DNA from: Proteromonas lacertae
Lineage: Eukaryota
Length of the DNA stretch: 64,000 nt
Assembly: GCA_002245135.1 (NCBI GenBank)
Contig: NGBS01001174.1
Span: 62,001-126,000 of the forward strand
Direction of reading: 5' to 3'
This document shows positions 50,601 to 64,000 of this stretch, one piece after another. Under the pieces are notes generated by a model. The model worked only from the letters and a program-made list of their open reading frames with translations, was not told where the DNA came from and made no database searches. Position 1 is the stretch's first letter. Every line of letters begins with the position of its first letter. Both the position numbers and the translations under genes were made by a program.

Positions 50601-53600
50601 TACTATTACAAATGTAACTAATGATGTTAATTATGTTAGAGTGTTGGCTTATAGCTCAATTGGATATAGTAGTCCAAGTAATGCATATGTTTATACAAAT
50701 GGATTGAATTGTGTTGCTAATTCACCTAACAACGCCAATTATACTATTTATAATGTTACTGTGTATTATTTAAATCCTGCCAATCTATCAGAAGAATTGA
50801 AATATATATATTATTCACCTAATGAAATTTGTGATTCTCAGCTTAGTGATAAAATAGTAGCAAGCTACAATAGAATTGGTGATAAATTCATAAAGCCATA
50901 TTCCATGTATCCTGATCCACCAAGTAATATCAGTTATTACTTTGTGAATAGTACAAGTTTAGGTTTGAAATGGAATGATCCTTTATACAGTAAAAACATA
51001 ACCGATTATTATTTAGAATATGATTCTGTTTATTCGTTCAATAGTAAAGATTATCATAGAGAAATAATTAAAGGTAAAGTCAATAACTATCAAATATTTA
51101 GTTTGAATGGAAGTATTACATATTACATTAGGATTAGATCAGTATCAATGACTGTTCAAGGTGAATATATATTTGGATTACCTATATATATTCATACAGA
51201 ACCAATACAACCAATTGATCAATTACCATATAAAATAAGAGATTCAATAGAATTATCTAATGAAACTGATCCGCATGTAATAATAATCACATGGTCAAGT
51301 CAAATATACAATCAAGACAATTTCATTACAGTAAATGGAGGAAGAAAATTATTATCATATAAAATAGATTGGTGTGAAAAAAGAGATGAAAATAATGGAA
51401 AATGCGAGAATATCAATGGAACTTATTATTATATATTAAAAGATGAAGATAATGAGTGTATTGATAATTGTACAATTTATCTTGGAAAAGATGTTGTAAG
51501 AATTGAATTAGATGAAAAACAACCATTTATGATTGGTTATAATAACACAAATACACCTATAATATATGAAAATACTACTCAGAGTAAAATAAAGACCGAA
51601 TTAGATATAATATTATCAAGTGAATGTAATGAAGATGATTATGAAATTAGATTAATCAGTCATGAAGATATATCAAAATATTACTTAGAAATATTAAACT
51701 GTAGTATTGATATCTCACTTCTAACAATAGAAACAAATACAACATATTTAATATCATCAAAAATGGATTATACTTCAGTTAAACCAGGTATTCCATTCTT
51801 TGTTCAAATTACACCAATCAATATACTTGGATATGGTGAAGCATTAATATCGAACAAATCAATTCAAGCTCAATATGATAAGTCATCAATACCATTGAAT
51901 GTAATGATTTATCCAAACGTTACAGATAAGACATGTATGAGTATAATATGGGGAAAACCATTAATTGATGATGGAACTCAAATATTAAATTATACAATTT
52001 ATATTACTACAGAAGAAAAAGGAGTAGATTTAGAGAAAAGATCTTATCTAGTAGAAGATTTATTCTATGAGAATGAAGTATATAACTTATCATTATGTGA
52101 ATTAATACCTGGCAAAGAGTATAATTTCACAATAACTGCATATAATGGCAAAGAATCAGATAATTCAGAAAATGCAATTCCTAAATGTTATGAAGAATAT
52201 CCATATTGTAGAGAATTATTAATTCCGAGACAATTCCCTCAAAATGTTGATGATTATACAGTTGGTAGTATTAACAATACAATGGTTTATTTCCATGAAT
52301 CTGATTTTGTTGTTAGTTTCAATTATTTACATAATGAAAGTGGTGTTGACTTTGATATTATTCAATTTGAATATTCAATTTCTCCCTATTTTAATGATAG
52401 TTTAACAACAGTGAATTTAACAATAGCTAATATGACTGATAATAATGTATATTTAATGTATCAAAGTGGATTTATCACTGGTCAATTTGTTTATACAAGA
52501 ATACGTGTACAAAATAGTATAGGTGTAACTGATTGGATAAATACAACCGTTAGTAATAATACAATAACACAATTGTTAGGTTATCCTGATGAAGATACAT
52601 TTGTATTAAATAATGTTTATGATTGTAATTATAAATGTCAAAGTAGTTCATTGGATGTAACAATATATCCATCATATGAGACAAGATATAGTACAATTAA
52701 AGGACATTTATTAGAATATTCAGATAAAGAATTTGATAATTATGGCAATCGTGAAGATACTGTTAAAGTTAATGAAAATTGTCAATATAGATTTAAAGTT
52801 GTTGATAAGAATGATGATGATGAGAATAGTAATGTTGAGATGTTAAGTGCAATGTTGAATGAATCATCACCAATTAGTTTTATAGATGTTTCATTAATGA
52901 ATTTAGAGATTATTGGATATGTTACTATTACAGGAAATAGTGATGATTATACAATCGAATATCATAGCAATATGTCCAATATAGAAGTAATGATAGATTC
53001 AACAAGTAATTGTTCGATACTAACAAAATCAGATCAAAATGTAAAAAATTATCATTCAGTAGTAATTCCATCAAAGCAGTCTGATGCAACAGTGACTTAC
53101 AGAATCACAGAATTAGAAACATATAAACCATATTATGTGAGATCTGCTCCAATCACAGAATTTGGAGTTGGTAAATTTACACAATCACAAAATCTATCAA
53201 CAACTCATCAACCACCAGATCAAGTAATAAATCCATTATTATACTATGTAAATCAAACATCCATATTAATAATATATGAATTACCTGAGTATATTGGTGC
53301 TGATAATGAAACATTGTTATATTTCATTGAGTATAGTCATTTGGCTGATTTTAATGATCCAGAAGGAACAATGTCTATCAATACAACTGATACATATATT
53401 TATATAAGTGATTTAGAACCAAATACAGAATATTATGTTAGAATTGCTGCTCAGAATAGTATTGGTGTTGGCTTGTATAACCAAACATATCCCAAATCAG
53501 TATTTTTATATAATTACACAACTCAACCAGTTATTTATTATCAAGATTCTCCAGATGCTTATTCAGTAACACTGAATTGGACAAAACCAGTTTATATTGA

Positions 53601-56600
53601 AGATTTAGAATATTATAGTGTAGAATATTATCCAGTAATGAGAAATTTACCATTACCATATGGAACAATGAGAACTGTGATAATGGAAATAAGTGGAGAA
53701 AATTATACAGTTACAATTAGTAATATATTTGGTGATTATACAACTTATATTTTATTGAAAGATGCAACATCCAATCAATTACAAGATGCATTAAAATCAT
53801 TACCAAATACAATGGTTGAAATTAAAGTAGAATATTTTAATAATAGTAAGAATATGTTTAAGATTGATTTAATGGATTATAATAGTGAATTAAATGGTAT
53901 AAATTGTACTGGATGTAAATTAGAAATATTAATAAATGGAGTACAACCACCTCAATATAAAATAGAATTAACTTATTCAACATATTTAAATTATACAATA
54001 GAGGATTTAATACCTGGTCAAGATTATGTAGTATATGTAAGAGGTTATAATAGATATGGATTTGGTGTAAGAAGTGATGATTTTATAATGACTCCTTTAG
54101 TTGTACCATATCAACCATCATTCAATTTAACTGTCTATGATAGTAAAACATTATCAGTTGATTTTAATACAAGTTCGTTTGATGGTGGTGCTCCAATATC
54201 TTATTACAATTTAACATATGATGATACAAACAGAACTGTAGTTATTAATAAAACAATGACTAATAATCATTGGATATTATTATTAGATTCAGATTATTCA
54301 TCAATTTCTGGAAATTTCTTTGTATATTTTGGTGATAATAATAAAGGTATTTATAATATAACACATCCAGTATGTGAAGCTTGTATTAATGGTGAAGAAG
54401 GTAAGAATTATTTCAATATAAAGAATAGTGATAGTAATATCAGTTTATATGCAACTGAGTTTATCCAAATTAGTGGTAAAGAGTATAGAATATGTGATTA
54501 TTTAGCACATAATACCAATCCAGTTAGTAATGATAAGATTTATGTTTGTGATTTAATAAATACAACATTAGAATATAATCTAACATCTGATGATGTAATA
54601 GATGGAGGTTATTTATTACGAGTTACTACATTTATCGGATTAGTAACAATAAGTGATGATAATAATACATTTACTCCAGTTGGTGATTTAAGAGAAGAAT
54701 TATTTGTTGGTGATTATATTAGTATTGGAGACCCAATAGAATCAACTGCAACATTCTCAATATCAAATATTACAGATAATAATAGGAATTATTCATTAGC
54801 AGTTCCAGAGAATATAACTATTCCATCTTATAATATATTGAATAGTAAAAGATTTAATAGTACTTATCCAATATATTTAAAACCAAGATCACCACCGTTG
54901 AAATATTCAGATGTTAATGCCAATTTATTGAGAGATGTATTTGAAGATTTTGCTGAATTGACATATGTAGAAGTGAAAGAATCACAATATAGAAAGTGGT
55001 AGAAGATGGGATATTGAAATAATACGTAGTACAAATGGCATGTATGGACCAATATTAATAAACACACATCAGTTATTATCAATGAGAAGATTTGAAGTTA
55101 TAAGTAGCTCAATTCAAGCTGAGAATGTAATATTGACAGATTTATTACCATATTCAAATACAACAGTCTCATTATCAGTATGTAATCGTAAAGGTTGTGG
55201 TATTCCATATGTTGATAGTATTGAATTAACTGATAAAGTTCCTATATTATCAGTTCCATTGATAATTTCACATATTGGTGATAGAATCGCTAGAGCTGAA
55301 TGGAATAAAGTGAAGTATGAAGGTGGTGTTGATTTTGGTGGATATTATATTGAATGTTCTAATAACATGGCATTCCAGAATAATCAAAGTAAAATTATCT
55401 ATGCGAATGAATCAAATCCTGAATATCATGTTGATACATTGACAATTAGTACTTCATATTATGATCAATTGAATGGAACATTCTTACTTGAATTTGACAA
55501 ACATTATTCAAATCCAATTCCATTTAATGCAAGAGCTGATGTGTTGAAACAGAAACTAGAGGAATTATCAACAATTGAAAAAGTAGAAGTTGAGAGAATT
55601 ACATTGAAGAAAGGTTATACATGGTTTATTACGATATGTAAGTATATTATATGGAAGTGATGTAAGTGGAAAATTGATAGTACATCAATTAGGATTGGTA
55701 TTAAATGGCTCAAAAGTAGATGATACAATATTAGAAGTGAAGAATATGCCAAGAAATAAAGGAAAATTAGAATATAATTTCGATTTTACCATTAATAGCA
55801 TCAATACACAATTATACTGTAATTTATATGCATTTAATGAAATTGGTTATAGTATTAAAGAATATACAACATTTATACCAGATCCAAATGAATTTGTTCA
55901 TTCATCAGTTCCAAGATTATTCTATAATAATAGTAATTATAAGAATGAAATATATATTGAATGGAATGAACCATTATATCCAAGACATACAATAATTGGA
56001 TATATGTTTGAAGTTGATTATTTAACATCATTTAATAGTAAATGTAATAATGGAAGTAAGTGTTTACCAACAGATTTAAAACCATATCGTTATTATTATT
56101 TTGATGATTATGTTATTGATAAGACACCAACATTCCAGAAGTATGTTTATATCAAGAATCTTATACCTGGTTATACTTATTATATTCAATTCTATTCAGT
56201 TTCTGATGATAAATCCACTAGTTATCCATATATATTTGATATTCAAATACCTAAGACAATACCTAAATATATATCAAATGCTAGAATATACCCATATTCA
56301 AACACTGAATTTGTTGTTGATATTGATATTCCTGATTTAAATAGACATTATGGTAGTAATGGAAATCCAATAAATAATATTGTATTTGAATATGAAACAA
56401 GAGTTACAGAAATACAACAATTTGAAATTCCTACAGAACATATAGGTAAATATTATCAATTTAAATATGATGATTTATATACACAATGTATTAAAGTAGA
56501 ATTGAATAATCCAATCAATATTCAGAATGAATTATCATTATTACCAAATATTGATGGAACAAATGTTCAACCTATAGAAAATGGTTATTCAATCGAATTT

Positions 56601-59600
56601 AATGGAGATATATTATGTAATGGAAATATGAATGAAGTAATCATAACAGGTGAAAATTGTGTAAATGGAATTGATAACAATATTGAAGTAAAGGCAATTC
56701 GTGAAGGAAAACATGGACCATCTCCACCTGTTGTTACATTTACATCAAATGTGAATGTTACTGAAGTTGATAGACTATTACAAGAAGAAGAAGAAAAATA
56801 TTTCCAAATTGGTGTTAATTATATAGGTAATTTTAATGAAAGTGATATAAAAGTATGTGGTGAAATTGAAGATAATGTTTTACATATGATTGATAATGAA
56901 AGTGATAATAAAGTGTATATAAATGAAACAATAATGATCAATAATGAAATATATCATATTATTGATATAAATGGTAGTGATATTTACATAGATGATTATC
57001 TATATGAAAGTATAGAAGATTATAGTATTTACAGAAGAACTAATTTGTTAGGTTATGTAAGTGGATGTGTTGAAGATTCTGATGAATTAAATATTGAATT
57101 TGTTTCAGAACCACCAGAATATGATGAAAAAGACTCATTCTTAATCAATAATAAGATATATTATCAAATAAGAAAGAATGTTACAGGTAATTGCCCAACT
57201 GGTTTAATATATATCAAACAGTTCACAAATCCAATTAGTTTATCAGCAACAGCCAATGAGATGAAAGAACAATTAGAGGAATTGGAAGGAATAAATACAG
57301 TTGATGTTAAGAGATATGGACCTGATCAAGAAGGACATTATATTTGGTATGTAACATTCGTATCATTCCTTGGTCCAATTAGTGAAAATAATATAGAAGT
57401 AAGATCAAATATAGTTAAATATACAATCATCAATGATGGTTCTAGGCCAACAGAATATTCAAATTCAACTGAATTAACCTCAAAAGTTGAAGAAATACAA
57501 GAGATTGTATTGATTAGTAAATCGATTGATGAATATAAAGGTGAGATACATTTTACATATGGTAATGATAGTGGTAAATATGATGTATTAACACCAACAA
57601 CTGAATTATATGATGCTTTGAGATATTTAGATTCAATAGGAAATATTGAAATAAGTGATCCAGTTGTAATAGATGATCCTGAATTAGGTTATGGTAAAAT
57701 ATACACTGTTCAATTTACTAGTCAAATTGGTGATATTAAGAATATAAAATGTGAGAATACAACATATGTGAAATGTTATATTTATGAAAGAGTAGCTGGT
57801 GCATTACCAATGAATAATACTGTTATAAAGAATGATGAATTTTATGAAGGACAAAGAATATCAGTCACTTCATCAATCAGAAGTATATATAACAATAGAA
57901 GTATTGATTCAAATATATTACAGAATTATGGTATTGGATTTTCAAGAGTAAATAGTATTATTGGATCAAAACCACCAACACCATTATTAAATGAAGCTGT
58001 AATAAGAGGGGATGAAGAAATAGAATTATATTTCAATCCAAACAATCAAAATGGTTTATCTGTTGATGATTATTTAGTTGAATGGTATTTACAACCATCT
58101 AAAGAGTTTATTCATCCAGTTTTTACAATACAAATATATTCAACATCTGATGAACATAAAGATGAATATCCAAGAGGATATGTACGATTATCATATAATA
58201 ATAATAATGAAGTTACCTACCCATTATTAGTAGAGAGTAATTCAAGTGAAATAACAAATAGTTTAGTTAATTTACCATCAATAAGAGATGTTTTAGTGAA
58301 TGTAGAAAAGAAAGATTATAGTTTATACATGGATTATTACATTTATTCATGAAGATAATAGCAGTATAAAAGACTTGAATGTTATTGTTCCAATTATTTA
58401 TGAAATTGGTTATAATATATCAGTCAATAAAAGGAGATAAATATGAATTATTTACTTCTCAGTCAATAGCTGTTTCAACAGATGATTGTGATGTTTATTC
58501 TGATAATGTAAAAGAACAAAGAATTTGTCAAAACACAGCCAGAAATTCAAAGTTTAATAATAGAAAATTATAAGGGAAATAATGATCAAAGTGAAACATT
58601 TAATTTGTATATGAATAACAGTATGATTGAAAGGAATATCAATAGATGTTACTGCTTTTGAACTAGAGAATTTATTAAAAGAACAATTCAATTTAGATTG
58701 TCATGTAATGAGAGAAGAATATAATGATAATTTGCTATTCAATATTATCTTTGAAAAAGGATTAAGATTAGATCCATTAACAACAACATCTCAACATTTG
58801 TCAACATATATTAATGTTTATAGACCAATAATTATTGATATAAAAGCAATGACTGAAATAAGTGGAATGGTAAATATAAGCATATATGATGATGTTATTA
58901 GTATTCCATATGATGAATTAAGTGATGAATTATTAGAAGAAGAATTAACTAAATTTAAATATATAGGTAAAGTAAAAGCATTTATATCAAAACCACAAGT
59001 TGAATTGAAAGGATTATTCAGAATGACAAAGAATGAAGATGAAGAGAGTTATATTTTGAAGTATAATACTTTAAAGATTAATTTATATAATGATATGATA
59101 TTACATATCTATGATTTGGAGTATAGAATAGTTAATATAAATGAAACTTACAAGACAAATTTTATTAGAACCAACAGAATATACAACACTTAACCAATTC
59201 ACAATACCAAAAGAAGGATTGATTGTTAAACCATATATGAATTCAAGATATGGAACAAGAATACAATTGTTGTTAATTTCATATGATTTTAGTTATACTT
59301 ATTTCAGTATTAATCCTCAATTGACTAGCCTTAGGATTAGAAGTAGAAATACACAAACCTCAAGCCATTCCTACTAATTCATATTTGTTAGGTAATAAAT
59401 TGAGAAGAGAAATATTAGTAGCAAGAAGAGGAAGTGATGATAATATTGGAGATTACTACTTCTTCTTGCATTATGCTGACAAAGATAATATAACAGGAGA
59501 ATATATGTGTGTAAGCGTATCAAATTTTGAAGAAATGAAAGAAAGATTTAGTAATAAGACAAATGTAAGAATATTTAGAAAAGAATATATTGTTGGAGAG

Positions 59601-62600
59601 TATTATCAATATATGTTTATGTATATTGATTCAAATAAACAACATTTGATAGTAGATAAACAATTATATAAAAATGATATATGTAATTATATTAATACAT
59701 CATCATATGCTTATTCTTACGTAGAGAATAATGGTTATATCAACAATATGTATAACACAAAATATCAAGGCATATTCCCAGAAGAAGATTATACCATCAG
59801 AATCTCATCAATTAGTAATATGTATGGAATTAGTAAACCATTAGTCTTAGAGAATATACAATCAACAACCTATAAGCCAACACCACCAAGATCATTAACA
59901 CTAATCAATCAGTATGATAATAACTCATTCTTAGTGTATTATAATCCACCAGTTTATACAGGTGATACTGAGATTATTAGATATGAAATACAATGTGATA
60001 CAAATAGTGATTTTGCTTCATTAGATAAATTGACAAGATACAGTGTAAAAACATCAGAAATTCAAGTAATAAGAACAAATATACAAGATTATATCAATTT
60101 GACTATATCATGGGGTGGATTAAGTTTTGAATATAAAATTGGTGATTATATATCCAAGTTAGAATATGGTTTAAGATATATAACAAATACATCAAGTGTA
60201 TTGGGTAATCCAATCAAAGTAGATTATTATCAATACAGTAATATAAGAGAATATCATATTAAATTCACTGGATTATGTGGACATTTAGGTTTAATAGAGG
60301 TAAAGTCTGAGATTACTAATATAAATAACTATATTGATGTATATTATAAACAAATTGGTGTGTGTGAAATTGTTCCAGGACAATATACAAAGGAAGTTCA
60401 AGCATTAACAATTAAAGGAAGTGGAACAATACAATTGGTATTTGAAGGAGAAGTAACTGAAGAAATTGATATTAAAGAGAATGATGATGAAGGAAATATG
60501 AGACAATTAGAAGAAAACTTAAAGAATTTAACTACAATTCATTCATTGTATATAGAATTAAGAGACAGGAATGTTTATGAAGTTCATTTTACACATTTAT
60601 CTCATGAATTAATAGCAAGGATATGGATCATTAACTCCAATATTATTATATGAGACTGTAGATGGAATAACATATAGAAATGACAAAATGATTTATGGTT
60701 CATTACCATTAACAATTACAATAGAGAATTTAGAGAATAATTATTATTATTGTCATGCAAGAGCCTATAATTCAGTAGGTAAAATCAGTGATTGGAGTAA
60801 TACAGCTTCAATTGTATTATATCAAAAACCATCAAGTCCTTCTTATGTTAATGTTAATTATGGATTGAATTACAGTTTATTAGTTGTTATTGGTATTAGT
60901 GAAGATAATGGTGGTTCTGAAATATTATATTATGATTTGGTATATTACAATGAAAAAGGTAATTTCTGCAAACAGAATTTAACAATTACAAGTGGTTCAA
61001 TATTAGATGATTTTAGTTTATACACAGAGAAACAAATGATTCAAATAAAGTCATTAGAAATGAGAGAATTAATAGTGTTGAGATTTAGAGGTGAAGATAC
61101 AACATCAATTAGATTGTCAAATGATGTAGAAGAATTAAGTGAAAATATATACTTAGGTTTATCATATTTAACTACAATTGATGGAATAAAAGTAGAATGT
61201 GAAAAAGATACTAATGATACTCTGTTATATAATTGTTATATTGAGTTTTTATCACAATTAGAAGATTTACCTTTAATAGAATGTGAACAATCATCATTTG
61301 TTCATATATTCCCAATAAGAGATGGTATTAGTCCAATTGGTGGAGTATTTAGTATTTGTCATTATCATAAAGACAAAGAAGGAGGTGAATACGATTGTAC
61401 AAGAGAATTACCATATGATGTTACAGCTGAAAAGATGAAATATGAAATGGAATTATTAAATACAATTGATGAAGTTGATATTGTCAGAGTAAGAAATGGA
61501 AATGGTTATACTTGGTATATTACATTTGTGAATGATTATACAACAAAAGATGCTATTTATATTAAAGCATCACAGTTAACTGGACCAAATCTTCATATTA
61601 ATGTTGATATAATGGAAATGAATACATGGGTTGATAGTGTTAATAGAATTCAAATACAACCACCAAATAATGAAAATAATTTACATCATTTTATTAGAGA
61701 ATTTAGAAGTAAAACCTTATACAATATTAGTTCAAAGTGTTAATAAGTTTGGAAGAAGTAAAGCAACTTTAGGAATTGAAGATGGATTAATACCAAGAAA
61801 TGTTCCAGAAATAGCCAACAATTGTTGAAGTTTTAACATTATCATCAAAGAAGATAAAAGTAACATTTAAAGCTCCAATTAGCGATAATGGATCACCAAT
61901 AATTAAGTATTATATTGAATGGAGTACTGAGAATTTAGAAACATTAAAAACTGAACCAAATAGAGAAACCTTTACACAATTTGATCAAATAGAAGATGAT
62001 GTTTATTTCTTCAATTTCCTTGTCAGTACAAATAATACGTATTATGTAAGAGTAATAGCTGTGAATGATGCAGGAAATAGTTTACCATCAAAGACATTAT
62101 CAACATATACAACTGATTTAGTACCAGGAAAACCAATTGTTGATTCTGTAGAAATATTATCTTATTATAAGATAATTATCAATTGGCATGAATCTGATGA
62201 TAATACATCGATTAGATATGGTGGAAATGGTGGAATTCCATTAACCAAATTCATAGTAGATTGGGATGATAATTTAGATTACAGTAATCCACATACTTAT
62301 GTAGTTGATTATAATCAAACATCCATATTAATAGGTAATACAGAATATGTTGCTGGTTCAGAAAGACCAAAACCATTTAGTAATCCAATTTATATTAGAG
62401 TATATTCAACTAATTCATTAGGTACAAGTAAACCATCTGATAGTTATATTGTTCCATTTAATGATACAGCTTTAATACCAAGTGGACCTTTGAATTTGAC
62501 TGCTTCACCATCATCTACATACAGTTCATTGGATATTTCATGGGAAAAACCATTAGCGGATGGTGGATTTACAATATCTGAGTTTGATATAGAATATTCA

Positions 62601-64000
62601 CAATCACCAAGTTTTGAAAGAAGTGAATATGTTACTGTTTATTCATCCTATGAAACTCACTTAATGGAAATTGAAAAACCAGTTGAATTAGAAACATTGT
62701 ATTATGATGTACAAGTTCCAGTTTATACTCAATTGACTACAATTAGTACAGATTTGCCAGTAAACCAATCAGGATATTCAACAGTAAGTGTAGATTTACA
62801 AGGATTCCAACCCGATGAAACAATTCTAAGTATTGGTATAGGAAATAACGCATATAAGAATGATAGACAAACAACAGCAATCCATTTTGATATTGAAGGA
62901 AATCCAACTAAAGAGAAGATAATAGTAAATACACAATATAAACCAACAATACAAAATATATCAATATATCCATCAACAAATAATAAAAATAGGACAATCA
63001 ATGCTCATACATTATTTACATTATCATTTGATTATACAAATATAATTTCAAACGTATTTTATAAGAGAGATGTTAAATTAGCATTTTATTATGGAAGTGA
63101 TGAAAAGGTATTATCGTCATTGTGGAATCACGTTTTTAGATATGAAGATAATATAGTTGTAAATGTAAATGAAAATGAAAAAGGAGGTAAAGACTTTATT
63201 ATTCATTATAATTTCGAAGGTTCTATTCCAATACCAACAATATCATTATCTGAAAAGAATAAAGATGTTGAATTTGAATCAAGTATAGAAAATATTGAAG
63301 AAGGATATTTTGTTGATTCTTTCAATATGACAGTTATGTATGATAATGGAAAAGTAGTATCAGTTGAAATACCAAATTATAGAAAAAGAAGTGAATGGAA
63401 TAACAACAATAATAATAATTTACCAATTGATTTATTCACACCATTGTGTTTACAACAATCTGATTGTGATATTACATTGACATACAATAAAGAAAATAAT
63501 GACAAATATTATTTAGGTGGATTTGTAATAATGATAGAATATACTGGTTATTATGGCAAACATCCTTCCATTGCAACTATTACTAGTGATAAGAAAGAAA
63601 TGATTACTATAAAACAGGAATTATTAGAAGAAGGACCAGATTCAAATGGTGATTTTAAATTGAAATATCAAGAATTTGAAACAGATAGTATTTCATTTTT
63701 ACCAGTATTTAATGATACAGAAGGTCAATTAGGATTAAAAGAAAGAGTGCAAGAACAATTAGATAAGTTATTTGGTGAAGGAAATATAGATGTAAAAATA
63801 ACACCTCCCAATAGACAATTATCATTATCAATAATAGTTACATATATTGGAGAATCTTTAACAGGAAAACAAGATGAAATAACATTATCAAGTAGTAATT
63901 TCAAGCCAATAGTTAATATAACAGTAGATACAATATATGGAGGACATTTATCTGGTTCGTTTATCTTATCTTTACCAGAATTCCCAACAAAACAAATTGA
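35619..64000 (+). CDS. Giant secreted/surface protein (more than 9,400 aa, 3' end beyond window) with many FN3 domains, filamin-type Ig repeats, three PA14 domains and a recurrent inserted alpha/beta module; 12 apparent +1 frame breaks
   Basis: Signal peptide MTYCISMICLLMISSLVVG; FN3 signatures (W..P..NGGS.I..Y; Y..RI.A.N..G.G); filamin motifs (INPRDSFNN, RDEFGN, GSPY/SPF); PA14 near 40930-41350, 44400-44870 and 46670-47090 (GL.A.YY...RID..I.F.W). Consecutive ORFs join by single-base shifts, and the frame from about 61818 appears open to the end. Confidence 0.85.

Overview
Gene-dense, very AT-rich eukaryotic (protist) nuclear DNA in the standard genetic code, with ultra-short (about 25-45 nt) GT-AG introns, mostly GTAT...TAG. 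Intron size and gene content suggest a Blastocystis/Opalozoa-like stramenopile, which is inference only. By manual splicing I reconstructed about 18 genes. In order: a partial Ig/SPRY protein; an intronless prokaryote-type pyrimidine-dimer glycosylase; telomerase reverse transcriptase (TERT, 14 introns); a kinesin; a PH-CaMK-PH-WD40 kinase; a low-complexity protein; a BAR-SH3 protein; a RecQ helicase fused to an RPA70N-like OB fold; three papain-fold pseudoprotease genes in a +/-/+ array; eIF2-alpha; BCD1/ZNHIT6; a double-domain cathepsin Z; Nopp140/SRP40; ZCRB1; CFAP52; mitochondrial phage-type RNA polymerase; and an apparently intronless gene of more than 28 kb (more than 9,400 aa) for a secreted FN3/filamin/PA14 protein that runs off the window end. 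The best candidate for a new system is the pseudoprotease array (18.8-23.6 kb). Each copy has a Cys-to-Ser papain ectodomain whose TAG stop is split by a 5' splice site. Splicing gives a transmembrane, Cys-rich receptor (NPxY tail in two copies), and intron retention would give a secreted form. Two copies lie in a 1,226-bp palindrome and all three carry different cytoplasmic tails. The RPA70N-RecQ fusion is the second highlight. Several small indels look like long-read assembly errors.
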